Shown piece by piece: positions 1-12,684 of a DNA stretch of 48,817 bases. The translations under genes and the position numbers were made by a program. Location: the NCBI GenBank assembly GCA_000934665.2, contig KZ538163.1, positions 62,001 through 110,817 of the forward strand, in the 5' to 3' direction. Under the pieces are notes generated by a model. The model was not told where the DNA came from. It saw only the letters and a list, made by a program, of their open reading frames with translations, and did not search any database. The stretch is from Catajapyx aquilonaris. Its lineage: Eukaryota. How positions within the stretch are numbered: position 1 is the stretch's first letter; every line of letters starts with the position of its first letter.

Positions 1-608
1 GACTCACTCCGGATTGTAATCCGCTGTGTCCCATTCTCTCTCTTCTCTTTTTTTTAGTCTAATGGTTTCGCGCTACAGAAGTTTTCAAGCGTTCCTTTTC
101 GAACATTACATTAACCTGGATTTTTTTTGTACGTGTTAGACACTCTTTTCAGTCCAAATTTGAATATCAGCTGCGTATGTGGTGATTTTTTGTGTGAGAG
201 TGCCTGTGTGTAATGTGGAGGAAAAAGTGATCGACAGAAAGGAATTTTTCAGGTATTAATCAGAGCGAAAAAACATGATTTTTTCCTGTAGAGAGGTGCA
301 GGTGGATGTTTGATTGTTACCGTGAAATTAAAACCATGTTTCCGCCATGGTGAATGTCATCTATTTCTATTCTCTTTGCCTCAAAGGGTTACGATGGGAG
401 TGAAATGGTCTGAGACCAAAGTTGTGCTGACAAATAATGGTTTCACCTGAACAGATGGCTATGAACAGAACTGTTCCTCGCTGGAACTGGGCTATACCTT
501 ATATATTGTCCAATAAATTATATAATCTTGCGAGTGTACGATTGAAAAGTCAGTGTTGTTGGAAAATTGTTGGATCTGCAATTTAAGCCGACAGGGATTT
601 AATTTTGT

Positions 609-698
609 AATAATTGAAGGGCTCCTATGGCCAAAAAGCCCAATGGGGTAAAACAAAACAAAATAAAATAAAATAAATAAAAATAATTAAAGGGCTCC
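609..698 (+). mobile_element. Short 5'-truncated retroposon insertion with A-rich tail and 17-bp target-site duplication
   Basis: aataattgaagggctcc (609-625) and aataattaaagggctcc (682-698) flank 56 nt that end in aatggggt plus a (C/T)AAAA microsatellite tail. Confidence 0.6.
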
Positions 699-771
699 AT
701 GGGAAAAGGTGGTAACTAGATGGGAATTCCCATCTAGTTGCCCCCTTCTTCCATGGAGGCCTTCAATTAAT
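682..771. repeat. ~90-bp imperfect palindrome (MITE-like foldback)
   Basis: Perfect 26-bp core aactagatgggaa|ttcccatctagtt (714-739); arms extend with scattered mismatches to about 682/771. Confidence 0.8.
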
Positions 772-2510
772 ATCATTTCTTCTTATATTGATTGGGAATA
801 TTCGTGTTTTTCGGTGAGAGAAGTTTGGAAAATGAAAGTGATCACTCATTCACTTATTGGATATTTTGGAGGCTTAACCAATACATGGAGTCTGCCTGTC
901 GCTGACGCACTCTTTGAGTGACTGACGGATGGGTTGAAAAAAAAAAGATTTTGATGGTCTTGACATGTAGCAAGACTGATATTTTGCATGCACTCGTAGG
1001 ATTTCGTAGCTAGAGTTCGGAAAAATGCAACCTCTTAACATGCATGTCACTTTTATCATCAAGTTTAGTTTCTTATAATTGGACGAGACGTAATATTTTG
1101 GACATTTTTCATTCCTGGAAATGCTGCATAAAACGTGTACTGACGAGGTCATGTTACAATTAATATTGTTCTCTCTAGGCTAGTATTCTGCACTAAAAGT
1201 TAACCAGAGAGTAATGTTATACTAAGTAAATGTAATTTGTGTTGCTTGCGGCCCCATGTCCTTGTCGAGCATTGTCCTTTCCCCGTCGTGTTTCCCTGGC
1301 CGGAAGAGCTCCTGGGTGTTACACAGCTTTTAATTGGCTTGGGTTAATCACTCTGGCCCAGAGAGTTAGCTGTGTGACCTGCGCCACTATGGTTCAGAGA
1401 CGAAAAAATTAAATCCACCATCCCTTTTCCCCATCACCATATTTTCAGACCCTTCCCATCCCTGGATTTTAGAGCATGAGCTGCTTGATGGGGTGTTCTG
1501 GTTTTTGTTTAAAAATGGTAGACCTTGGGGGTACCTTCACGCTAGGAAAAAGGATAATATCCTTCAGCTATTGTTGGAAATCTGGATATTGCTGAAGTTA
1601 AAAAGAGTGCTGATGTTCACTCTTGCTTTTCGCTGAGCTTATTGTTCTAGTTCCATCCACTCCACAGAGATTAACTTAAGCATCAAAAACATCAATTTTC
1701 ATTTAGATGTGTCGTGCCACCTTTTTTGTGATATGAACCTACTGTTGGAAGATGCAATAATGCAAATAACAATGTAATTATTCCAACACAGATTGAGCAG
1801 TTTACTATACAGTGTAAGCCTAAGTATTATTTTATCGTACCGTGCTAGGAAAGGATTTTCTTCACATCATATAATTTAAATTCAAGTACTAAAGAGGGCA
1901 CTTTTGAACGAGGCTGAAACTTTCTGAGATGTCTTCTGCCGCAGGAGGCCCTATGGCATACTATATTTTACATTTAGTAAGATCAGTTTCAAGTTAAAGC
2001 CAACCACAACAGGTAGGCTTTGCGAAATTCTCCAGAGATAGAGACTGTAATACCCTATGAATATGGTATGCACTTACTGACATGTAACTGCATAAATTAC
2101 GCCTCCTATAAATAATTTATTTGCCCAAGGACTACTAAATTGAGGAAAACAAATATGACATGTTTTACTTATGCATTTTGTCGAAAGGAATAGTGAAAGG
2201 GGGGGAAATGTGAACAAGTCAGACAAATTGACCGCCAGTACAGCCCTAAGCAAAAGCTGGTGCAACCCCAGCCTGGCTAGGGAACAATGCCTCGATATAA
2301 TGGCGGCAGTGTGTGGGTAGAAGCCGCGATTAGAATGCAAGTGCGCTTTAGCAGCAGTAGGTGGAATTGAATGCATTAGCGTGGGAGGCACCCAGGCCGA
2401 ATGTGCGCAGGGGCAGCTGACGCAGCAATTGACACCAGGATTGCTGCAAACCCTATACTTTTTACCCATGAGTAATGTTCTTGCCCTTGGGACTGTTTCT
2501 CAAGCCTTGA

Positions 2511-2741
2511 ATGGGGGGGACAAACTGTTCGACCGTACTTCCTGTATCGATCAACTTACACCTCCTTTTTGGAGGAGGCGTCAGCTCCATCTCGCTTTCA
2601 CCTTGCTATCTCAGGGTTCTGCTCCTTTTGCACCTTTGGCTGTTTGCGGTGCTGCTGCCAGGAGATGCACTCTGCGGGGTCTTGTCGCCGGGAGAAAAAT
2701 CCGGTCCATTTGACGCGGATCTCTCGGGAATCGGGAAGTGG
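2511..2741 (+). CDS. nAChRbeta1: Putative first coding exon of nAChR beta1 (signal-peptide-like), phase-0 donor
   Basis: ATG at 2511 opens MGGTNCS...YLRVLLLLHLWLFAVLLPGDALCG...GIGKW, which has a hydrophobic core and an A-L-C/G cleavage-like motif. It ends at donor TGG|GTAAGG (GT 2742-2743). It joins exon 4290 in frame only via microexon 2887-2902. No homology support. Confidence 0.5.
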
Positions 2742-2886
2742 GTAAGGTTGGGTTGGAGGGGGAAAACATGTCACGTTTTGGTGGTGTTGAGGCTTAGTTC
2801 TATATAGTCAATTTTGGGATGTATGGAAAGGGAAGTGACTTAACTCGCTTGTTTTGTTTGAGTTTATCAGTTTGTTTTCCCTTCAG

Positions 2887-2902
2887 CACTCTCGGCTGTC
2901 AG
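2887..2902 (+). CDS. nAChRbeta1: Putative 16-nt coding microexon (H-S-R-L-S-G) of nAChR beta1
   Basis: Preceded by a pyrimidine tract and acceptor tttgttttcccttcag (AG 2885-2886), with a branch-like CTTAAC near 2839. Followed by CAG|GTCTGA. Converts phase 0 to the phase 1 required by exon 4290. Confidence 0.45.
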
Positions 2903-4289
2903 GTCTGATTTGGGAAAGTTGCGTGAATATTTATTTGTCTCCCTGGGACTATGCATCGGTGTTTTTCCCGATGCTCCAAAGGTGACAGCGTCAACAAATT
3001 GCTTTTATATAATAAAGTTGGCATTATCACATTCTAATGTCACTAAAAACCACTGCACACATAATAATTATTTAAACGGTATAAATTATATGCCAGTGTT
3101 AGTTACCATGTATTTAGGTTAAGGCTAATTGCCCAGTAATTAATAGTTCAGTACTTAAACCAAATCAAATATGGTTGTAATTAAAATTTATATATTAATG
3201 GGGCAAATGTTTAGTGTTGCCAAATATTACATACTAAACATACCAGGCATAAATTGTTGCTAGTGGTGCTTCAGATTAAAGCTGGGTAAAGTTTTGATTA
3301 CGTTTCCGAGTACTAATTGCATATGATGAAGATTATTATCAGTGAAATATTTTGCCAGAGAACAAGGGCCAAAATTTCCATGGTAATTCATGCTTTGAGA
3401 TTGTCATGAAGAGTACCATATGGTATGACCCTTTCACTCTTACATCATGTGCCTGAATCATAACCTAAATCTCATTTGGACAAAAAAATGCCACTTTGCT
3501 AGACATCGGGCGTTGTTTTAATGGGACATTCAATTGCACTGCTTCTCAAATTATGCGATCCTGTAAATAGGTTTTCTGACCCCTACAGGTCATTGTATTC
3601 TTCTGCAAATTATTCACCTCTTTCTTCTCAACTCTTCCGCTGCCGAGTTCAATTCTTCACGCACACAAAATCCGAATGCTCATTTTTTTCCCTTACTCTG
3701 AGGGGGCATCTGGCACTCCACCGCATTGTATAGAGAAAAATACACTTCCATATTTGTGCAATATGCCAGCGTAACTCTCCTGAACGACATTGTGGCCAAG
3801 GAGGACATTTGTCAACCGTGAGCCAGACTATTATCTTCCCCCCTCCGGAAGATCTAATAAAACCTGCTTTATAGCACATTAGTGCACCTATAAACTAAAA
3901 AGGCGAAGTTTTTAATCGAATGCACATGCCCCTCCGAGTTTAAAAAATAAATGTCTTGGGAAGGCAGTTTCTATACGTACAGTATAAGAAGCTGGCTGCA
4001 CTTGATGTCTCCCTTTGGTAAATAAGTAGTGGAAGTCAGTTGTTGGGAAGGGTCAACAACACCTCTTTCCCTGGGCTCATAACTATGAAGCATATTCCCT
4101 GGGTATACAAATGGGGAGGGTGTGGTGAAACATTTAGAGAGTGGCCGGAATGGAAGTGGGCCCGTGAATTTATGAGCCATTTTGTGTGAGGAAGTTGGGA
4201 GGGAGGGGGAAGGTCTTGGGTGGGAAGGGTGTAGTATAGAGAATGGCATTGGCAGCTCAGCATCCATCCATGGCTCGTTTTTGTTCCAG

Positions 4290-4426
4290 GATGGGGTTCG
4301 GAAGACGAAGAGCGGCTGGTTCGAGACCTCTTCCGAGGATACAACAAGCTCATCCGGCCGGTGCAGAACATGACCGAGAAGGTGAACGTGCGATTCGGCC
4401 TCGCCTTCGTCCAGCTCATCAACGTG
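4290..4426 (+). CDS. nAChRbeta1: nAChR beta1 exon: start of mature extracellular domain ([46 protein letters not shown])
   Basis: Near-identical to the insect beta1 N-terminus as I recall it; acceptor ttgttccag|, donor |gtaagt; phase 1 in, phase 0 out. Confidence 0.97.
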
Positions 4427-6333
4427 GTAAGTACTTGTCGCCCCCTTTCCTTTCAGGACACTGTTCATTATTGAGCAGCCCTGAGAGTTCCCATGGAGTT
4501 GGAGCGGACTTGCTGTCAGGACATACAGTCGACCAAGTTTGACATACCACAAGGTTCTTGTCATCTACAGTTACCTTATAAATTGCAGGATACTGCCAGC
4601 TACTTTTTTTTAAACCAGTGTGCATATTCAAGTGTTTCGGGAACTTAAGTTACGTAACTCACCCCAACAGCTTTGACACAATTTTTTGCTCAAAGACGAG
4701 CCTAAATGGCTGGAGTTTGCAAAGGCAGTGTTCCTATAGTGAGGATACTACAGCTCATTAGGTGAAGATGTCTTGGAAATATGTGTTCAAGTATTTTCAA
4801 GAATACTTCGCTTTGGCATAAAATCCACTTATACAGTCTCTTTTGAAAATCACAAGTTCCTTTCAGTCGAGTGGAGTGGTTGATGAAAGTTGGATGCCAA
4901 AGCGATGTAAAAAAAGAAACTGTCTTTGAACGCGACATTGCAACTGAGTTAAATGTCAGTAGAAAATACATATTCTACTTTTCGATGCATACAGACTCGT
5001 TAAATCATTACTTTTTATATTAATACAAACGAAACTGTAAATCTGGGGCTATTATATGCAAGAAAAGATTTGGGAGTGCTGCAAATTACACATACAAAAT
5101 GTTGTTAGGCTCATATAATTCTTATCGCAAGATTTCCTGCTCCAACTTTCTCCAACTCCGGTGACATTGCAGGAGTATTATCCCCGCCTTGATATTCCAG
5201 GGGGCCAGGCAGTGTATCCGGCAACCCCTCGACTCACAATAACTCTCTCTCCCGAACTAACAAATGCCATAAATGCAAGCCGTGATGCAGAAGTATCCGC
5301 CCACCTGCAAAGTTGGCTGGGCGAAGTGCGGAAAATGCGTCCCACGCCCATCCAACACCATGTTTCTTGTTATGGAGGTGTACATGTGGGAAAGTAAATC
5401 ACGGCCTACGAGGAAGCTGAAAATGGCGCCACTCATACACGTAATTCGCAAGTTACGATCGTCCCAAAAAAGTGAGGCGCAAGTCCTTCTACTTTGCAGC
5501 AAGACACATCAAAAATAACATGGCGAGAAATCAAGGATTTGTACTGTACGGGAAGGTTAATGATCAGAAATACGTCCATTTGACTTGAGCAAAAATGTTG
5601 TCAGAAAGTTGGTTAGACACTATATCCTAATGCCTCATCATGGAGATGGTCCACATTACCGCTCCAATTTGCATCACTGCGAGAGGCCACTCTCCGGAAG
5701 TAAAGTTGTCAATGCCTTGGCTAAATTACTTTCACGCTCCGCCACTGGACAGGATTGCAAACTATTTTGCTAAAGGACGTGATCACGGTGATAAACGCGT
5801 GTATTAAAACTTAGGGCTTGTTCATGAACACAAAGTAAGAGATCATCTCCGATCATTAGTTGCAGCCGGTATTTGCAATACAGATAATTCTCTGAATATT
5901 TGTCGATACAACTTTTCCATGAATGCTTGGGAAATGGCAAAAAAGTACATTTTTAGAACATTTTTCAAGAGAAAAAGGTTTGTACAGTAATTCCTTATTA
6001 CATGAGGGATGTAATAAGAGTGGGAAAAATTAGTTAAAGATTTAACTCCTACCTTTGATCTGAGAGCTTTGGCATGTGCAACATTGTGTGTAAACAGTAC
6101 AGTACAGAAAAACACATTAAAACATGAAAATATAGTGATATATTTTCAATGAAACACATGCAACGGAGGACTGTTTTCATAACATTCCGGAGTGGGTGTG
6201 CACTAATTTAGCCTTCGGTTGAGGAAAACAGGGAAAAGTAAGCGTATTGTCCTCGGATGGGACGTTGCGAATAACTGTGGCTGTAATGTCTTATAGACTC
6301 TCATAAAGAAAATTTTATTGGAATTATTACAAG

Positions 6334-6477
6334 GTACTATCGGGTTAAAATACTTTTGGCCACTTTATCCCGGTCATGCAGCAACCCTTCGCACAGACTC
6401 CACGTTAAGGAGGTGTGTGTGAAGGGTTGCTTCAAGACCAGGATAAAGTGGCCAAAAGTATTTGAACCCGATAGTAC
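6334..6477. mobile_element. Palindromic MITE, Tc1/mariner-like (TA-flanked)
   Basis: Arms 6334-6401 and 6409-6477 are about 90% reverse-complementary (gtactatcgggtt[a/c]aaatacttttggccactttatcc...), with a 7-nt spacer and TA at both termini. Confidence 0.8.
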
Positions 6478-9400
6478 GTATAAAGAGCAAAAATTGCGAA
6501 TTATATAATGCAAAGAATACTTAACAGTATTTATAATATTAAAGCGTATCGCGTGACAAAACAAGCTCACGCGTTTTATTCTTTGATGCGGCATTTGCAT
6601 TGATTATTGTGCCTTTGATGTTTTGCTGAGCTTAATATGAGTTAGCGCCAACGGTCAATTACTGCCACGTTTTGGTGTAAAATGTCAGTGCTCTGTTTTA
6701 TATTCTCCAGGGACTCCCTGGCTGTAAGTAAATTATATAACTTCTAAATAAACGTTATGTAGGCCTATGCACTAAATAGCTTTATATTCGCTTGACATGG
6801 GTGCGCATGATTGTCAATAAGAAGGATGTAAAATCAGAAAGTGCAAAAAGTCACAGTGTTGACTGACGGTATACAGTAAGTGCCTTCTGCCGTATAATCA
6901 CATCACGTAATAAAACTGGAATGCCTAAAATCACATAACATTTTGCAACTTAACGGTCGAGTCCACGTGTAATGATGTCAATCCACGTGCAACATGCTCA
7001 AATATTCAGAAAAGTAAAGAGTATGCATTATTAATCTCCCGATGTCTTTCCGGCAGACGTAAAATTTGCATATTTTTGGCTCGACATTTTAAATTCCCCG
7101 CTTTGTGAATATACAAAAGCGGAGTTCAAAGACTCATTATCTGAGTTGTTTTGAACATCATAAAGGTGCAAATGGGAACTGTCACTTTAAATCTGAAGGT
7201 AGCCAGGTCTCTCCCGAACAAGTCTTTTCAAACTTTTCTTTTTTTTCTTTTTAATTTTATTATTCAACGTAGCATGGGCCTTAAAAGGCAGTGTTTTTCG
7301 CCTCTGTATTGATCCGATTCCGTATTTTTTTTAAAAAAAAACTTTCACTTCTGATTTGCTACATAGCTCCAGCTAGTCTAAATATTCAGCTTCTTCTTTA
7401 CCATCGGCAAACCTAAATTATCTGATTCTGAAAATTGGTTTAAAGCTAAGTCTCTGCTCTCGTACCGTGCACTTTTATTTAATTACAGTGTCATTAGCGT
7501 CAAGAAGGTCTGCTACTGCCTTCCACCCGTAATGCAATTACTACTCTGGGGGCGTTTTTCCTACCTTTTTTGGGTTGCGGAGAGCAGCATGGCTGAGCTC
7601 GGATACGGTTCGTAAATTATAATTATCATCCGAAACTGTACGTAAAATTTTAGATAGGCCTTACAAATCTGGTGAAGCGTAAAATAATTTAGTATTATGG
7701 GGAATAACAATTTTATTCGCATGTATTATCTGATCAGCCCAAGACGTCTTAATTGTCACCGATTCATTCCCAGCTTCTTCAAGGGATGTTCGGTTTTCCG
7801 GAACGTTTCGAAACTCCATTTAATTCCGGACCCGGAAAAAAGTAAGGCACAAAGGCGGGCACAACAACAAAAAATTTATAATTCGTCATCCCAGAACCTC
7901 GGCGTCTCTTGTTCTGACAGGTCCCGACGAGCGTCCGCCAAAAGTTTTCGCTTATCCAAGGAGTATTTTAATGGCGGTTGCACCCTGAATGGGGAATTTG
8001 CTCCGGGGATGTCTTTGCTATATAAAAAAAGACGAGACAAAGGATTCAATTTTTTTTGTCTAATTTTTTAATCAAATGGTCAGCAAATATTGCAAAGGTT
8101 CGATATCTTATCGTTTTCCAACCAGTTGTCGAACTTTGGTCAATTCCAACTTTGCATTTCCTGACTGCTTATCGGCAAAGTCAAGGCGTGCGAAACACAA
8201 GATATGAACATCAATGAGGCCACGAGTTTACATTGTGCCACTGTCAAGCTATACATGGGGGATGGTTTTAATCCACATGACTTGTATTACAAGTGAGAGT
8301 CTTGAAAGGAAACTTATTCCGTACCATTCACGACTGAAAGCTTTTTTTTCTCTCTCTCGCTCCTTCTTTTCTCATGTAATGCAATTTGGGGGTCCAGTCC
8401 AACAGGGGGAAGGAGGAGGGGGCTAATGTTTTATCTCTGTTCCTCGTCACAATAAAGCAATCGAAGTTTCCAACTTTGTAGTAATGAACCGAACATCGTG
8501 ACGGGAAATCGGAGGTGCAAAAGTGCAAGAGGGTCAGCTCTGTTTCTATTTTTAACCAGACACATTCGGGAAACTTAGAATAATAATGATAGACACTAAT
8601 GTGCTATAGACATTATTATGGACAGCCTCACAGGTGCTGCGGAGAGGTGACCCAATCTATTTTCGGATCCAGAAGTTGTCCCGCGTCAAATTGGCGAGTT
8701 CGATAGTGCTGATTGGGTGGTAATTGTGATGTGGGAATGAATGAGGAGAAAAGGTTGGTGACCTCCAAATGTAAGCCCCCCCCCTCCAACCCTACCCCCC
8801 AAGAGGGGCGTTGGCAGGCCCTAGGAGGCATCACAGGCTGAAACACGCCCCCACCACTTCTCCCCATCTCTTCTCCGCCAACCCATCCCCAAGAAAAGGC
8901 CACGATCAATGCATCCTCAATGCCTGCCGTTGACGCAAATCCGGAGAGAGGGCTGGAAACAGGGCCGACGGCGCTCCGGATAGAAGAAGGAGTCAGACCC
9001 CCCCCCCCCCCACCATACCATATTCAGTTTTTTTTCAGGGTATTTTTTTCGGGGGTATGGGGGGAGTTAAAGGGCCTACCTCCAACCCAGCTTCTATCAC
9101 AGACTTTATAACTATAAAGAAACCAGTTAGCCGCCCAGGTAATAAAAATGCCACGCTGATGCCCTGCTTTACATCGTGGGATTTGTGAATGACCTTCGTG
9201 GGGCCAAGGAAGGCGAAATAGCTGCCGGGATTGGAGATGGGGGTGAAGTGAGTGGGGGGGGGGGAGACTGTAGGTTGCAGGAGTCAATTTGCATAACCTT
9301 GGTTATGTGCAACATTTCGCACAGCATCGGGCGACGNAAGTGAGTGGGGGGGGAGACTGTAGGTTGCAGGAGTCAATTTGCATAACCTTGGTTATGTGCA

Positions 9401-12243
9401 ACATTTCGCACAGCATCGGGCGACGGACAGCATCACTTATGCAGGGTGTTGCAATATTCATCCGATTTCCACCAGTATTGCTTTGAAAAATAAGCGACTA
9501 AGCAAGGTTTGAAAAATACTAAAATTGCTCAAAGAATTTTAACGTTACTTTAAACTCGAACAATGTATAGCACCCTGTTGGATTACGTCTGCAATATCTG
9601 ACAATTGGGCCTCGCTGCCTCAGGAGACGAGCCATAACTCCATTTCTAGAAATTGCTAGATTTTCACCACCTTTTTTTCTCCATCTTCTTCCATCAGTCC
9701 ACACCCTATTTTTTGTTATCCTCCCCCACCCCCTCAGGCCCCCCGGAAATATTACTGGCCACCTATCCCACCACTGTAAATATCAGATGTCCTCTCGACA
9801 AACCCAATATCCGTCCTATTATATATCAAGCGGTAAGAATCATCCGGTTTCTTCTTCTTTCTTTTNGGAGTTTCCGGGTCGGGAGAGGTGGAGTTTGAAC
9901 AGGCCCCGTATTTTTGTTTGCGCTGCGAGGATATCAAATGGATGATTTTCGCGTTTTATTTCCTACAAAAAGAGATGAGAAGCAGCATCCCCCTCCCTCT
10001 CCGCCCCCCACATTTTTTTTTTCTGTTCGTGTTGCACAGCGTGCAGAATTGCTTTCACCGCCGACGACGAACTGGCCTTTGATCAGTTTCTGTACATGAT
10101 GTGAATGAAATTACTGCACTATCCTGTCTCCAAGCAACGATATAGCCACACACACAGGGGGAGAGAGAGGACGCTTTTAAAGTACAGGATATATACGCAC
10201 ACAGAGAGGGAGGTAAAAATTTGTGTGCCTGCAATTTTTAGTGCTTTCAAAGAGCCACCACCTGTTGCTGAAAAACTTGGAATAGCACTTTTCACACTTT
10301 TTTTTTGCTAAAGAACTTTTGACGAGCGAATTTTTGCATTTGATTTTGGCGATGTGTTGGCCAATGGTTGGCAGAGGGAAAAGGCGTGTGATGAAAGGAG
10401 AGGTTAACCGCATGACTAATGATTTTAGGTTTGTCCATTCCGTAAGGTAATTTGATTTATTAGCTTTTTAAAAAATTTCAGCGTCTAATTTTCATTGAGG
10501 GGGAGTCATAATATTCACATACAAAAGATGACAAAATCTTTAAAAATAATTGGCCAACAGTAACCGCCCATATTTCATTTAGTACATTGCATTTAAAAAC
10601 TGAAATATACTGTTCGAATTATTTTCTTTGAATGAATATGGCGTCATAAATACTGATTGGTTAATTACAATGCGTAAATATGAAAACTCCAGGGTATTTG
10701 AAAAAATAGCATGTTTTCTAGTTTTAATTGCCCGCTCTAAAAACAGCAAAAAGTATCAGATGAAAATAGTATTTTGAAAAACTCTGCAATAAAATAGACC
10801 GCCGCTTCTATTACACCGCTTTCAAAAAAAAGGCAAAACACCTGTTGTTGAAAACAGGGGCAAGTCTCGAAACATTTTCATAGCTCCAACTTTTTTGGGA
10901 GGTGGGAGAGGGGAAAGAGCAGGAGTTTTAATTATGTTCTCCCCCCACAAAAATTCGATGCCTTCACCAATATTCAGGGTTCGAGGGGAGCCGTAGAAAC
11001 CTGCATGGGAGTTGATACAGCTTCTCACAAAGTTTTCCTCTGGGCTATTGATGCGAAAATGTATATCAAGAGCGGTATAGGCGTCGAATAAGGAAAAGCT
11101 CAGGTCCTGCCCACTCCAAACAGGCTGCCTGGAAATTATATAAGTAAGATTTCCTCACTCGTCCCTAAGCAAACAACTGGAGCCGAGCAGATTGACTTGT
11201 AAATGTAACTAGGCTGCGGGAAGGTTCCTTCTACCCACCCACTTCCATCAATTTTCCTTCATTTGCATAACCAGGGGGTCTCCTCCTCTCACCCTTCTAG
11301 CCCTCAAAAAAGGTGTAAGGTCACCGTCACCTTTTTTTTTATCCAGCCCCTTATTTATTGAACTTCCAAGGCACGATTGCAACCTTCCCTGCTTGTAAAT
11401 TGGAGCAGACAGGTCTTTTTAGGTGATGCTGGTAATTCGGTGTTGCCTCGCCGAACAGCGTTTCTTGAAGATGATTCCATTTGTTGCCCAATTTCCTGCA
11501 GAATTGAGGTGTAAACGTTGACTACATGCTCTTCGATCCACTGCAGACTGCCTTGGCCCCTCCAGAGAAGAAAAAGAGCAGAAAACAGAGTTTGAGGGGT
11601 GGGGGGGTGGTAGCTGGGAAAAAGAGGTGAGGGGTAAGGGCGAGGAAGAGGAAACGCACAATCAATACGAACCGGGGAAGCCTGAGCTACAAAAGAAAAA
11701 GACTGCTCTCTCAGGCACACCCCTTTTCCCACCCCTCCCTTCTTCTTCTTCTTCTTCTTCCGCCCAAAAAAGCAGTAGAACTCTGAACCAGAGCCGCCGC
11801 CTACCATCTTGTTTATTGAGTATAAGTGCTGAGTCAGGTGGGCCGCTTAGGGATGCTGACCAGTCAGGTTCATCTCCACACGAGTGATGGTTGACCACCT
11901 TAATCAGAGTCTGGTTGATCTGGTGATTGGCCGGGGTCAGAGGGTTGGATCAAAAAAGGGCTCTATTCGGAGATCAACCTTTTGATCTCGGGAAGCTCTT
12001 TGATTTGGAAATGGACCGACTCTCGTATTGGGTCTGGTAGTTGTGTATTATTCTAAACTTCAGTTTGATGTAAAGGGGCAAGTAGTAGCATCGCGTATAT
12101 ATGATGCAGAAATCACATGTTAGTTTCGCTCGATATAAGGATGTTAAAAGGGGCTGTCTCTCTGCCTGCACGAAGAGAAATTCGAGTAGATACGATGGTG
12201 ATGGACATGAATAATTATGACGATTACATGTTACTCTCACTTA

Positions 12244-12684
12244 ACCGAAGCAGGTTGGTGGAGTGGATAAGGCGTCAGACTGCTCTCCTGGGTTCGATTC
12301 CCGGGGCCGGCAATCCTGACCGTGGTTTTCTGTGGTTTCCCACGGTACTCCCAGGAAAATTCCGGGGCCGCTTTCGTAAATAATAGGCCACAGCCGCCCC
12401 ATTCCTTTCCTATCCTTGACCCATCCATGGGGAGGTGCGGTGTCGGTGGAGGGTTTCTGACCAGCACCTAGGGAGTTGTCTTGCAACCTGATCCCCTGGG
12501 GGATTGCACACGACCCCCAACATTAAGACAACGCACTTGCACCAGTCTCCCCTCCTCACAATTTTCTATCCTGATCCCTGCACCGGAGAGAAGAATGCGC
12601 ATGAAAACATTCGTAAGAAAAAGAATTGTGGTAATCCACCCCCCTAAAAGGGCTTCGTTACCTCTAATGGGGTAAAAAAATACC
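12244..12684 (+). mobile_element. tRNA-derived SINE with target-site duplication
   Basis: Pol III A-box-like TGGTGGAGTGG (12256-12266) and B box GGTTCGATTCC (12291-12301). SINE-type body (gtggtttccc...ccaggaaaattccggg...aggccacagccgc) and A-rich end. Flanked by direct repeat tgttactctcac (12229-12240 and 12685-12696). Confidence 0.8.

Noticed and set aside
3971..4564. 197-aa minus-strand ORF and other ORFs overlapping exon 4290-4426
   Set aside because: Antisense or alternate-frame shadows of a GC3-rich coding exon; no recognisable protein features.
9246..9425. Near-exact ~90-bp tandem duplication
   Set aside because: The copies are separated by a single N (9337) and differ only in G-homopolymer length, which is typical of an unmerged contig-overlap artefact.
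12256..12310. tRNA gene
   Set aside because: It has A and B boxes but no complete cloverleaf and continues into a SINE body, so it is called as a SINE head.
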